Below are positions 13,001 through 28,000 of a DNA stretch of 64,000 bases, one piece after another (the stretch's first letter is position 1; every line of letters starts with the position of its first letter). The DNA comes from Mytilus trossulus (Eukaryota). Where the stretch lies: contig NC_086386.1 in NCBI RefSeq assembly GCF_036588685.1, forward strand, positions 19,406,001 through 19,470,000, given 5' to 3'. The notes under the pieces are model-generated. The model was not told the DNA's origin and searched no databases. It worked only from the letters and a program-made list of their open reading frames with translations. A program made the position numbers and the translations under genes.

Positions 13001-16000
13001 ACACAATAGGTTCGTTTCCTTTATTTGTTACCAGTCCGTAAGATGCATGTTCTCATAGAAATAGACTTGTCCAAATGTGGACAGGTGGAAGTTCAAGACA
13101 TCAAGTTAAAGTACTGAATTTTAACAAATCATTTGATATTTTCTTGTTTCATAGATAATAAAAAAATATCGTCCATTTGGATAAAAAAACAGGAATTCAT
13201 GACAAAAGATTATTTAACCTGATATTCTCGTTTTTCCATTGGACGAGTCTATTACGTTTTTGACACGTGTGTTGAAACTTATTTTCGTACAACGTTTTTA
13301 CTTTTTTCTTCTTTATCAGTTTTCGTGCTTATTATTTTTCACCAAGTTTTGATTAAAAGCTTAGTCAAAAAACTGACGTGAATCTGTTTTTCTTGTTTGT
13401 GAAATGACGATTTAATTTCGTCTTTGTCCGTGTACTACCCTTTTTTTACGGGAAATTATTAGACAATGTCATGCGATGTTTACAGCTGAGCAATAATATT
13501 TCATCAAACTAAAATTCAAGAACAATGACAAAATAGTATGACAAACATATTATTAGAAAGGTGAAATATATTTTTATTTTGCATATCAGTTTAATTTCTG
13601 TCTTGAAAGGTCTTTTTTTTTTCTTTTTTTTTCCGACCGACCGACCCGACTTTTTCATTGAGAAAATCCGTAAACCAACAAATTAAAAAACCGTGGCCTA
13701 AATAGGTTTCTGACACAAATGAATGTGGTCTAAGAATTTGATTTTTTATACGACCGCAAATTTTGAAAAAAATTTCGTCGTATATTGCTATCACGTTGGC
13801 GTCGTCGTCCGAATACTTTTAGTTTTCGCACTCTAACTTTAGTAAAAGTGAATAGAAATCTATGAAATTTTAACACAAGGTTTATGACTATAAAAGGAAG
13901 GCTGGTATTGATTTTGGGAGTTTTGGTCCCAATATTTTAGGAATTAGGGACCAAAAAGGGCCCAAATAAGCATTTTCTTGGTTTTCGCACTATAACTTTA
14001 GTTTAAGTTAATAGAAATCTATGAAATTTTGACACAAGGTTTATGACACCAGAAAGGTTGGGATTGATTTTGGGAGTTTTGGTTTCAACAGTTTAGGAAT
14101 TAGGGGCCAAAAAAGGGCCCAAATAAGCATTATTCTTGGTTTTCGCACAATAACTTTAGTTAAAGTAAATAGAAATCAATGAAATTTAAACACAATGTTT
14201 ATGACCACAAAAGGAAGGTTGGTATTGATTTTGGGAGTTTCGGTCCCAACAGTTTAGAAATTAGGGGCCAAAAAGGGACCCAAATAAGCATTTTTCTTGG
14301 TTTTCGCACCATAGCGTTAGTATAAGTAAATAGAAATCTATGAAATTTAAACACAAGGTTTATGACTATAAAAGGAAGGTTGGTATTGATTTGGGGAGTT
14401 TTGGTCCCAACAGTTAAGGAAAAAGGGGCCCAAAGGGTCCAAAATTAAACTTTGTTTGATTTCATCAAAATTGAATAATTGGGGTTCTTTAATATGCCGA
14501 ATCTAATTGTGTATGTAGATTCTTAATTTTTGGTCCCGTTTTCAAATTGGTCTACATTAAGGTCCAAAGGGTCCAAAATTAAACTTCGTTTGATTTTGAC
14601 AAAAATTGAAATCTTGGGGTTCTTTGATATGCTGAATCTTAAAATGTACTTAGATTTTTGATTATTGGCCCAGTTTTCAAGTTGGCCCAAATCGAGGTCC
14701 AAAATTAAACATTGTTTGATGTCATCAAAAATTGAATAATTGGGGTTCTTTGATATGCCAAATCTAACTGTGTATGTAGATTCTTAATTTTTGGTCCAGT
14801 TTTAAAATTGGTCTAAATTAAATTGCCAAGGGTCCAAAATTAAACTAAGTTTGATTTTAACAAAAATCTAATTCTTGGGCCTCTTTGATATGCTGAATCT
14901 AAACATGTACTTAGATTTTTGATTATGGGCCAAGTTTTCAAGTTGGTCCAAATCAGGATCTAAAATTATTATATTAAGTATTGTGCAATAGCAAGTCTTT
15001 TCAATTGCACAGTATTGTGCAATGGCAAGAAATATCTAATTTCACAATATTGTGAAATAGCAAATTTTTTTTTAATTAAGAGTTATCTTTCTTTGTCCAG
15101 TATAGTAAGCAAGAAATATCTGCAAGAATTTTTTTTAATTGGAGTTATCTTTCTTTGTCCAGAATCAACTTAAATCTTTGTTATATACAATATACAATGT
15201 ATATTCACTTTTTACTACCAACTGATAAATTTAAATAATCTTTACCATTCAGTGATAACAAGCAGTTTTTTTACATCTTAATATTTTATGATGTATTTAA
15301 ATGAGTAGTAATTGTTGCAAACTCCATTAGAATATTTTAATTGAAATTAGTTTTGGAATAAGGGAAAGGGGGATGTGATTAAAAAATTGGGTTCAATTTT
15401 TCTCATTTGAAATTTCATAAATAAAAGGAAAATTTCTTCAAACATTTTTTTGAGAGGATTAATATTCAACAGCATAGTGAATTGCTCTAAGAGAAAACAA
15501 AAATTTTAAGTTCATTTGAATACATTCATTCTGTGTCAGAAACCTATGCTGTGTCAACTATTTAATCACAATCCAAATTTAGAGCGGAATCCAGCTTGAA
15601 TGTTGTGTCCATACTTGCCCCAACTGTTCAGGGTTCTGGTTTTAAATTGGACATATAACTTTTATGGTCAAATATCCAAAATCTAAATACATGGTTAGAT
15701 TTAGCATATCAAAGAACCCCAAGAATTCAATTATTGATGAAATCAAATAAAGTTCAAATTTGAACCCTTTAGAACTCAATGTGGACCAATTTGATAAAGT
15801 GGCCCATTATTATTATAAGTATATAATTGACCAATGTAGACTTTATTTTCCTTTTGTAGTCATTAACCTTGTGTTTAATTTCCAAAGGTTTCTATATACC
15901 TATGCTAAATTTATTGTGTGAAAACCAAGAAAAATACTTGTGCCCCCTTTTTGGCCCCTAATTCCCAAGCTGTTGGGACCAAAAAAAACAAAACAATCCC

Positions 16001-19000
16001 AACCTTCCTTTTGTGGTTATAAACCTTGTGTTTAAATTTAATTGGTACCTTTTTACTTATACTATTACTAAAGTTATCCGAAAATCACCCTTCTTTGAGG
16101 ACGACGTGATACAAATAAACAACCAAATTTAAAAAAAAAATTGCGATCATATAAAAATATGTATTAGTACGACAAAGTAAATAAACTTTTGCAACTCTAC
16201 AACTATGAAGTTCAATGTTCCATACTTTCAACATGGTATATTTATGATATGTTTATTTGTAATTTGGACTTCTAAATGATGTAATATTGAGGCCTTTGGC
16301 TTGCCATGTAATATATGTACCTGTGAGGAATCTACATGTCCAGATTATTAGTATGCTTGCATGTGGTGCTTTTATAATTTTTGAAAGTATCTCTTGGAAA
16401 TGATTGAATTCATAAAACTGAAATGTGAAGATATTTCATACAAAGGTAGGTTTTTTTGTTGAATTTAATTATTGTCATTAAGTTTCTGAAAAAGTATTTG
16501 GGTAAACAATTTTTTACATATTTGAGGGTAGGGGTCAGAGTTTACAGAAAGAGAATATGTAAAAGGTTAGAAAATAAAAAAAATATAAGAAAAATAACCA
16601 AAAGAACTAAAAGAAAGAAAAAGGAGAATATATCCAGCCATTTTAGAAGGGTGATTCCAAACATATGTCCCCATTTTAATGTATTGATCATCCAAAACGA
16701 AGGGGGGTTCCCACACCTCGAACCCCTGGATATGCTGCTGGAGAGTGATGAAGTATAAAGAATAGAGAATGTAAAGAATAGAGAATTATAGACTGATAAC
16801 AAATAGAGAAAAATGGCATAATAAAAAAAAAAAAATAAAGAGTCAAAGGACCTCTCATCCAGACCCTCGGATATTCAGTTGTGGCCTTCTTGGTTGCTTC
16901 TCATTCATTCCTTGCAGTCTTGAACCAACAGAAAAGTATTATTAATATATCTACCTTTATATGTTCACGTTGCTTTTTTCACTTAAAAATATGTAAATGT
17001 TAATATATATTACAGCTATTGTCTATGATATATTATATCACGGTGTATACAACTTTGGTGAAGAAGAAATAAAAGAAGCCATACAAATAATAAGGGAACA
17101 AGAAGGAAAACAGAGGAAAAAGTCCTGTAGATACAGTGGAACTTCATGGTAATGTATTTTTAGCTCACCTGGGCCACAGGGCCATGTGAGCTATTTTCAT
17201 CACTTGGCGTCTGTTGGCTCCGCATGTGGAGCAGGATCTGCTTACCCTTCCGGAGCACCTGAGATCACCCCTAGTTTTTGGTGGGGTTTGTGTTGTTTAT
17301 TTTTTATTTTTCTATGTTATGTCATGTGTACTTTTGTTTTTCTGTTTGTCTTTTTCATTTTTAGCCATGGCGTTGTCAGTTTGTTTTAGATTTATGAGTT
17401 TGACTGTCCCTTTGGTATCTTTCGTCCCTTTTGTCTGTTGTCGTTTACTTTTTACATTTTGAACTTCTTCTAGAGAGCCACTGAATGGAATGGAACCAAA
17501 TATGGCATGAATGTTCCTTATTATGTGTTGACAAGTGTTATTACTTTGTAGCCGAACTATTATCCAAGATGGCCGCAAGCAGGGGACTAAGTTTAACATA
17601 GGACCCTATAGGAAATGCATACTAATGTCTTCTTTTAGAGAACCACTCAATGGAATGAAACCAAACATGTCATAAATGGTCCTTGTGAGGTTCTGATGAA
17701 GTGTTGCTACTTTGTTGCTGATTTACTGTTCTAGATGGCCATCAGGATTAATTATTAAATGATAGGACCAATATTAAACCAAATTTGGCCTCAAACATTG
17801 TTTAAGTGAGGGCCCTCATGGGGTTTTTGATTATGTGATTACTTGGCCGTTTTTTTAATGATAATTTGATTATTAAGTCAAATATTTCATGATTATTTGA
17901 TTACCTAGGACTGTATTTTTAGTGTATGATTATTTGATTACTAAAGATAAGCAAATATTTAATGATTATGTGATTATATTGGCAAAAAAATGGTGATTAT
18001 GTGATTACTAGGACCCCCCCATGAGGGGCCTCTTAAGTATCTGTTATAATTTTTTCCTTTTTTTATATGATTTTAAAAACCCAAGTAGAGTTGGGTGAGC
18101 GACATAGGCTCTTGAGAGCCTCTAGTTTTACTACTAGGCAAAATTAAATCAAGTTTGGCTACTATGATTATTGTGTTATCTTGTTTAAAAATATTTGTGA
18201 CGCTCCAGCCTTCTGAATACATGGCCGGCAAGCAGGGTGGAGTTCAGACTGATGCTCTTTCATGCTGGTTTTCACCAATATTTTACGTTTTTGGCTATTA
18301 TCTTGTAAAACCAAGTGAAAAATGAGATCGACATTTCAAATGTTTAAAAAGCAAAAATAATCAGCAAGACAAGATAAATCTATCTTTAAAATTGTCTACA
18401 ATGAGGTCCAAAGGCTAATAAAATAACCTTTGATTTTGTCCAAAAATGAATCTTAGTGTGCAATTAGATTTCTTTCTGTTAAAGTGAATTTCTGCAGAAA
18501 ATCCAAGATGTGCAATATAGACAAAAAAAGGGGGGGGGGGGGATATTTTGCTTTTCAACCTTTCATTTGCATTTTAGAATACCTTTTAAAGATTTTACAC
18601 GAATAGTTGTTGACATTTGAGCTGCATCGGATAGAAATCTTCCATATATACAAGTGTACATTTACATGAACCTGTATACAACTTTGGTTGATGTTAGGAT
18701 CTTTCAACATGTTTGAATACGAAATAAAAAATCAACAGTTAGGCTATCCACAGTGCCCATATATTATACTAAAAAAATCTTCATTTTGTATATTTGAAAT
18801 ATTTGAAAAAATTTAGATATTTGAAAATGTTTCTCGTCATTCTCTTAACTTTAGATGCACTGTTTTTTTTACTCTTTTTTTAACTCTAGATCTTTACAGG
18901 TTATAAGGGAATAGATTGGAACTGCTTCTCAAAACGTAAAATTTCTTGAATTAAAAATTTATATTTTTTACTTCAGATATTTTTCTCAAGATTAAATCAA

Positions 19001-22000
19001 TTCTCTTAACTTAAAACACAAGCTTGCAACATCTGGGATCTGTGGAGAAAATAAATTCAAAACCTGTTACCAAGAAAAAAGTATATGTAAAACTTAACAT
19101 TAAAGTACAGTAAAATCTGTAGGCAGGTGTCTATTTATCATAATCATCATTTACAAAAATATTTCAAAAATAATTTTAGTTTTAAGGATTATAATGGTCA
19201 AATAATAAATCACTTGTAGGAAAGGATGAGATTTTGCTCTACCCTTTAAACCTAATCATGAACTTTTTAATTGAATAAATATGAAAAGTTCAGTTACTTC
19301 ATGTTTTACAATTGTAAAAGGAGTTTGATCTAATTACGTCATTGTTTTGTAAGAGTATGTTTCTGAGTTCAGTGTGTAAAATACAGTTCTCAATTGACTT
19401 AATTTCTATGCTTCAATCAACAAACTTTTGTGCCAATATCAGGTATGCAAATGAATTCTTGCTTTTTTCAGAGTATATATTCAATTAAAATATTCCGGTC
19501 CCACCCTCTATGTTGAGTCGTCAGCAGTTTGAAAACTTTGTTATTTGTAATAGTTCACTTTTGGTCCTCTTTGTTCACCTTTTTTTTCCTTAGTTAAATC
19601 AATGATTTTTAATTTATATTGTTTTGAACAAGAAATCTTTTACTTCACTTGCAAAGATTAATTTCAGTGGTATATCAGAAACTTTCATAAGTTTTGGGGG
19701 GGGGGGGGGGGGGCACAAACTGCCTTAGAGGGCCCTAGTGATTCCCTGTATGATATAATTAACAAACTATTTCCCACATAAGGGGGGTCATGTTTGTACC
19801 TGTCCCATGACTGAAATATTGTCAGTGGTTGTCTGAATTATATTTTTTGATGATGGTGTAAAATTTAGAAAAGATTCACAAGAATAAATAATATTTATAT
19901 AGAAATACTCAAATAGGAATATTTTTCAATATGAGCAATATGCTGTTTTAACTTTTTTTAAAGTTAAAATAAGTTTTAACCTGATATACTTGTAATTATT
20001 AATCTAGTACATTTTGTATTTCTGTTATCAGAAATTAAACATTAAATTTTCCATATATTTTAATCCTACCCTGGCCTGTTGTACAAATTTATCACCAGTT
20101 GATTATAAAGGCGGTATAGTTATTACATCTAATCTGGTATCCTTAATTCCTTCTTCACCCTGCAATATATATCCGTATTTATTTTCACCAATAGACTGGA
20201 ATGACAGTTTTCTTTATACTTTATAAAGTTTGATGTAAATTGAAGGGGTTTTATAGAAAAAAATGATGTGATTAAATATAGAAAGCTTTCCACTATATTA
20301 TAATACTTATTTCAAGATAAAATTTTAAAATGGAAGTCTGAACTAAATGTAAGTACAAAATGCATATAGATTTCTTCATTTGATGTGTAATTATGATCAA
20401 ATTAAAGATTTGTTGCATAGCTTGAAGAGCCAGTTATAAATATTTCATGCATTTTAAGGACTGCCTGTATAAAAAAAGTGTTTTGCACAATATGCAATTT
20501 AGGCATAGATTATATTTTGATTTATAAAAAAAAATTATGTTTGAGTTTGTAGAACTGATATAAATCTTTGACTTTATGAGCAATTTGACACCAATAGTGA
20601 ATGTTACCAAGCAGTATTTGTAGAACATGAGGTTAAGGGTACTTTTTTGAGTTTTATCCATATAATACACATTGCCTTATTTTACATAAGTCTGGAATAT
20701 TGTAAACTTGATGTAAATCCATGTTTGGTATTAAAATCATTACAACATAGAAATGGATAAAAATTATTATTGCATATTTTATGTTTGGACTTTGAAGTTT
20801 CTGTAAACAATAGTTAAATAATAAGTAATTTGAAATGACTTATACGATAATAACTATTATTTGGTGAGCAACAAAGATTTAATCATTTTTATGTTTTAAT
20901 GTTCATCATTTGAAAAATCTTTTAGCTTACAATTGAAAATCTTTAAATGATAACTTCTCATTGATTTGTGTAACAGTTTGTCATCTTTTGTTTCGTGGTA
21001 GATAGTAAAGGATGTCCCACGCTCGTTGGCTATTGCAACAGACGTGTTTTCTCTTCATGGATCAATCGTTTAATGACGGAGATCTGTTGATGCAGTAAGT
21101 GAGAACTAACATCTTGTCTTTACTGATTTAGGATCTGTCTTTTCGTTGTAGCAGCAGTCCAGATTCCAGTGACAGTAGCTGCGGCAGTACCGGGGAACAA
21201 TCGCCAGAAAAAGCCTGCGTACTTTATAATCGTCATTCTTCTCATTCTTCGGTAAGGAGTTTTACGAGTGGTAGACACAAGAACATGATTGTTTGATTTG
21301 TACAATATTGTAATAGGATTATAAATCAGTCGGTACATAATGTAAGTTAGGATTTAAATCAATTTAACAAATAGGATTACATGTAAAAGGCAAATAAGTT
21401 ATATCAATATTGTCTAAAAAGATTATATATATTTTGTTGTACAAAAAAGAAAGAGAGAATAAAAATAAAATATCTAATATTAAAAAAACTGACAGCCAGA
21501 GTCCTATGTATTAAGTTTTATAGATAAAAAAGTTGTGAACTTAACTGAACTTAACTGCCAACTGTCATAGTTTTTAAATAGCATGTTGTTCATCTGTTTA
21601 TGCAAAATACTTTCTGGATAATGATTTCAATATTTGTTAGACTGAATCATTTTCTTTTGGTAATGTGGAAAAATATTAAATATATTTTGTATGCATTGGA
21701 CTAGTTTCTGAAGATATACGTGAAGAATAGACCATTAATCAAACACAATAGAGTATATTTATTGATGTTCTTCTTTTTGAAATTTCCTGCTGTGTCTTTA
21801 ACAGTGAGGTTAAGAGTTCATCATGCCTTAAACGTCAGTACCCGGAAGGTTCTTATTTTGAACCTTGTCATTTGATAATACATGTATTGCAGTTCCTGAG
21901 AAAAACGTAAAACATCATTGTAAAACTGAAAATTTCTTATTGAAATCTGAAAGTTACCTGCTATCATAACAAACTGATTTGAAGTGCTGTACATTTAAAT

Positions 22001-25000
22001 GTGAGATTATGTTATGTAATTGTAAATCAAAACCATTTCTGATTTGTCAGTATTATATAGTTCTTTTATTGTTCCTTTTAAGTTCATAAGATGATTTATT
22101 CTAATCAAAACAAATTTTCAATACGTCAATGACATTATAAACAGTTTGAAAGTTAAATTGAACTGAGAAAGTTTTATAAGTTGATATAAAAATAATGTAA
22201 GCTTCTCTATTAAGCTTTAGTTTCTACAGTATAAATTCTGACGTGCATACATTACTTGTATTTATTGGAACTTAAAAAGATATGGTTCATTATTTTTCGA
22301 ATGTTGTGTAAAAGTTATAGTATAGCTGTAAAATTTCTGACAAGATTACATCACTATGTGAATTGGTGGATTATAAAAAGTTGTGGCTCATATTTTTCAA
22401 ATGTTGGGTAAAAGTTTAAACTTATTTTATAAATTTGGACAATATAAAAAGAAGATGTGGTATGATTGCCAATGAGACAACTCTTCAAACGAGACCAAAT
22501 GACAAAAAAAATAACCACTTGAGGTCACCATACTGCCTTCAACAATGCGCTAAGCCCATACCACATAAGCATACATTACTCTGGTGAAACTTGGAGTATT
22601 AAAAGTTGACTGGCTCTTATTTTTCAATTTTTGGGCAAAATTATAAGCTGTACTCTTATATAAATTCTGACTTGCATCAAGATACATAACTTGTGAACTA
22701 TTAGAACTTAAAATTTGTAGTTGCTATTTTTTAAGCATTTTGTTGTTTTAAACTGTTGTGTATTAAGCTTATGATATCCTGGACCTTATACTATAGCTGA
22801 TGATCCTGGATTATATTGTGGTTTCCTGAATACTACAAAACTTTAAGTGTAGCCCATTACTGTCAATTCAGAAATTATTAAAGTCATATGAAACGAGGGA
22901 GTTATGAAAAATAATGTTTGTCCAATTCTTGAACCAATGCATGTATACATCATAAACTTAGTCCTGTGCACGATTTTATTGTTATTTTCGCAAATTTATC
23001 ATATAATCGTCAATTTTTTTTCTCTCGAATATGTCTGCTCATTAAATGCCGTGTTCTGAAGCCGAGTTTTACCGATTGTCACCTTATAGTAAACAAATCA
23101 CAAAAAGCATGGGTATTGAGCATGTGTTTAACATGTATAATCAGATATTTGTTTATTTCAATGACAGCTCAATGCGTTTTGTGGTCACCGGATTTTTACG
23201 AGGAGGGTTTCGCTCGGGTTACTATGCATACGGAAAATATGTCGGCGAATTGCTTCCTGGAAGCAAGCAATTACAAATAAGTAAACTTCTTCTAAATGTG
23301 GACAAATTAAAGAATTTTCCTCAGAAAAAAGTATATGTACATAAGTTGTATAATGAAAACTATCCATTTAGTTATAAAAAACATAGGCATTTTTTTTTTT
23401 AATTTGAGGTTTCGTATGACTTTAAGTACACACAAATGAAAGTTAAATAATTGCTGCATACTAAACATTACTAAATATGCCAAATTAAAAAAAATATTTT
23501 ATTTTTATGATACTTATCTCCTTGCAAATTGTGTAAAATTTCTTGGAAGTCTAAAATATTCCTTTACAATTCAACTAAATATTTTTATCGTAAGAATAAT
23601 TTTTCACTTAAGATTTTTTGTGAAAAAGGGCTAGTGAAGTTTAAACTGAATTTAACTTGATACGAAGGAATGAAACAAGGCATGCAAAATAAAAAAAAAA
23701 ATCATTCTTTAATACAACACTATTTACACATTTGGCAATTATGTATTTAGGTTGAACATATGTAAAATTGACACAAAGCTATTAATATTCATAATTTAAT
23801 AGTATTGCAACCTTATAATGAAAATACAAGATAATCATTTAACTAGAAATCTGACATTGTCATAACTAAATTAAGATAGTTGAAATACAGATAGTTTCTA
23901 GTATTAGTTTAAATAATATATTGGTCTTTTTAGAAATAAGGTCATCATTAAAGATCTATATATTCCTTAGCACAGTTCTGGCTATTCATGTATTGTTGGG
24001 TTTTTATTCAAAGAACCATATTCTGGCCGTTTGTTGACATTCAAGTTAAATATAACAATTACATTTACGATTGTTCCTCTTGAATTTAATTTACTTAAAA
24101 TAGATGTGACTTTGAAAAGAACCAATATGTTACATCTGTGTTCTCTTGTCTATGAGGAGAATCTTTATATTGCCTGGTATTTTAAGTCTGTTACCCTAAA
24201 TAGTCATAACCTATGAACTGATATAACACTAAATATTTCTAACTTTTTTCTTGCAATATTAAAAATGATAAAGGTCAACATGTCAATATTACTAGAGTGA
24301 TCATTCGGAAATAAATAGGAAATAAAATGGAAAAAAAAAAAAGATTTTGTATACAAAATCAATAATTTATTATCTTGAATCACAGTAGCTCAAAATGAAA
24401 GAATGGGGTCATTATCCGTAATGAATACATAAAGATTAATTGATTACAATATGGTTCATTATACAAACAAATAAAATAAGGGTATTAAATTGCACATGTA
24501 AAATAATCATAAATTGGTCGCGAGTTATTTCCCTTTGTGTGATGGCACATCTGTTGTTTGATAAACAGACATTGATTTAGTTAATATCATAAAGATAGTT
24601 TGTCAACATCAATGCATGTAGAGAGGTTTCTGCTGAAGATTTATTTGTTATCAATTTCCTTTATATTTAAATTTTTAAAGATTTATAACTTTTAATATAA
24701 TATTTGGACTAATTTATAGTATATATTAACAGTATGTGCATGGAGGTGCACAATTAGCCGTTTTAGAAATTAAAAGGTTTATTGGTAAAATGAATAATCT
24801 TGACTTTTGGTGAACGAACAATTACTTTTTGGCTAATAGATATTAGGTCATATTGTTCCTAAACCAATCAAAATATTTTGGTATATGCCTCACCAACAAT
24901 GCATTAGATTTTTAAATGGTGAATTAAAGCTTGCATTAATTTTTATGATTTTAATTGATTAGACAATATTTTTACGACAAAAACACATTTCATATAATGA

Positions 25001-28000
25001 AAGCTTCAAGTTGAGGGAATATTGAAGAATGGATTGTTATTTTCAAAGGAAAGATAATCTCTAAAAGCAAATTTCATTAGTTTTAAAATAAATTAAAAAA
25101 AATTGATGCAACTCTTCATATATTTCAGGAAGATACTGGTATCTTTATAATAAAGCCCCCTGTACCATTTAGAATAGCTAAAGCCTTAGATCCACTGATA
25201 TACAGGAACACGGAACTTGATATTTGGGAAGAAGATAAAAGAGGTATGTTGTTCAGGCATATTGTTGACAACAGGTGCTTGATTTTAGGACTGTTCTAAA
25301 GGATATCACACAAAAATAAATGATATTCTGATGAATGATAACTACGAAATGAAATTTTAAAACTAAATATGTTGTATCGATGTAGGACTTTTAGATAAAA
25401 GATTTTTATCAAGATAGTAGCTTTCCAAAACAGAATTTGAAAAATGAGAAAATAGGGGGGCCTAAAACAGGCCTTATGGTTACCTTGTCCTTTGATCCCA
25501 AATCATTTAATGATATCTTGTGATTTTTTTTGCATTGTTTGGTTTGTTGAAAGTTAAGCCAAATAGTACAATCTTTAAAATAATCTTTAGATAACTGTGC
25601 AGCTGTTTATATATTGTGGCCATCATTTACTTCATATGGTAATCTTTTCAAAGTCAACTTATATTAACATAGTTGATATCTTATTCCAATATACCAGTAC
25701 ATGGAAACATTTTTTGTCTTGTAAACCAGTACTTAAACAGAGAAACTTTTTTATTAACTTGTAAAAAATGGATAAACGTATTTTTATGCCCCACCTACTA
25801 TAGGGCATTATGTTTTCTGGTCTGTGGGTTCATTTGTTTGCTTGTCTGTCTGTCCGTCCCCATGTCCTGCTTCAGGTTAACTTATTTTTGGTCAAGATAG
25901 TTTTTAATGAAGTTAAAGTTTAATCAACTTGAAATTTAGTATACATGTTCCCTATGATAAGATTTTACTAATTAATATCCTAAATTAGATTTTTGACCCC
26001 AATTTTACCGTCCATTGAGCATAGAAAATGAAAGTGTGAGTGGGGCATCCATGTACTATGGACACAATCTGGTTGTATGGAATTCCGTGTGAAAGGATTC
26101 TATCAAATTTAATGAATTTTGATATATACCACATGTCAAAAATATTTGTCTTGTGTAATTTACTGCTACATCAATTCCCACTCACAATTTCCCTTAAATC
26201 GTTAGACGCACACAGATTCCACTAATTTACCCAGTAAATAACAATATATATCCACTCGAGACGAGACGGTCAGAACTTGACAAATTTTATAACTATAGAG
26301 AAAAGAATATATATTCATACACTTGGGTGACAGCTTTTACAATATGAAAAAGTGCAAATTTGAATTAAAAAAATCTTGTTGTTAGTCACACATGAATTAG
26401 TTTTCTCAATTTGATAATCAAATTGCATCTTTTCTGAATTATAATTTGCATAACAATTATTTGACTATTTGATACATTTCATTTTAAATTTTTTTCACAT
26501 GGTTTGTTGCATGTGCCCCCCAACAGCGTAATAATGGCAAATTTCTGGTGTCATAAGGATAGTTGAACACCAGCAGTTTCAAATACTGTGGATTCATTGA
26601 TGATTGCATTGACTAGAGAAAAGTTTAAAGTTGGTGGATATTTAATTTGCTGAATTCTGCATACAAACTTACAGAAAATTTGTTATTTGTCAAACATATA
26701 AATTTGTGGTTAACCTAGCTGTACCCATAAAATCCATGAAAATTGGCATCGCATGAATGATAATGAATCCTCAGTAGTTAATGGTGATTACAGCAGGGGA
26801 GCATTTTCATATTAAGGATTCTTCTTGAAAACATAAAGCAAAATTTATTTCTGAATTACAATTTTCCATATGGAGGAACACCAAAGCTTACAGCTATCAA
26901 GGTCATATGCATAAAAAGAATGTCTTCCCATCTGACATGATTCAAGGTGTATGAGTACAAGTTTAAACATACTGGGTTGTCTTCAGTTTCAAGTTTCATC
27001 ACAACACCCTATCATGGATTAAACCAAAATATGTGTTATGATCATTCATGCTTGAGTATTGAGTGTCTGGTAACATAAATGAATTGAGGTTTATTGATAG
27101 TGAAATTTTTACCCATTAAGACATTTAAACTTAAATGCTGATTTAGATTTTTTTTTTATCTGCTAGTAAAATTAAATCGATTTTGTAACTTATTATTAAA
27201 ATTAAATGTTAATAGTATTTGCTACTATTTGATAAATTTGCCCTGTTTCGGAACTGTAAAGTTGTTCAATTTTGCTGAATTTAAATATCACCATTCCTAC
27301 GTATCTACCATTTACACCAAATAAATATTTTTTGCCTTTGTTTAGAGACCGGTACAACCTTTTTCTCTTAAGACTTTTAACATGAATTCAATCATTGCTG
27401 GACATTTCTAAATGTGGTCATTTTCCCCTTTTTCATTTTTTTGTGTGGGAGAACTGGGAATACAGCACCACTTTACATATATTTACCAGTTTCATGCAGT
27501 TTTCCATGTTATAAGAATCTTCCCTTTAATATGTGATTTGAAGCTTAGTTGATGAGCTCTTTATCCTATGGTCTTACATTTCAGAAGCAAGACACAAAGC
27601 CATTGTATACTGTCCTGGTGATAGGTGTATGGTAAGTACTTTACAACATCAGAGGTTTACAACATCAGAGGGAAATTAAGGGTGGGGGAGCAGGGAACCA
27701 GCCCCACTTTTGTGGAAAAAATAGGTTGTTTATACAAGGAATCACTGAAGCATGACTGGTCCAGGTCCATTCTTAGGCAGTCAGTTGGCCCCCTCATATG
27801 AAAATTTCTGGCTACAAAAAAATGAATCTTGAGGTTAAAAAATTATACTTTTAAAAATCTAGGAATAGGTGCTGCTAGGCCTTTGAACTTTTCCAGCAGC
27901 TTTAATGGTTGTCTGCACTGAGTTATCTCGGAGGGTTTAACAACCAATTTGTTCAATATTGTATGATGATCCTTCACCCATATTGTTAAAAATTGATAAT

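Larger units (their letters stand above)
10115..16157 (-). mobile_element. Older HINE-type element hosting three nested insertions
   Basis: Pieces 10115-10197, 12657-12715, 13699-13741 and 15637-16157 resemble the reverse complement of the 13742-15636 family and rejoin when inserts are removed. Confidence 0.65.
17157..18127 (+). mobile_element. HINE element with nested inserts
   Basis: TTTTTAGCTCACCT start, GGTGAGCG subterminal repeat, AGGCTC-TTGA-GAGCCT hairpin, CTAGTTT end. Confidence 0.8.

Noticed and set aside
18900-18935. Possible exon after tctttacag
   Set aside because: In the required phase it hits TAA immediately (TGG TTA TAA).
19001-19022. U12-type intron suggested by TTCTCTTAAC
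   Set aside because: The upstream donor is GTAATG, not GTATCCT.
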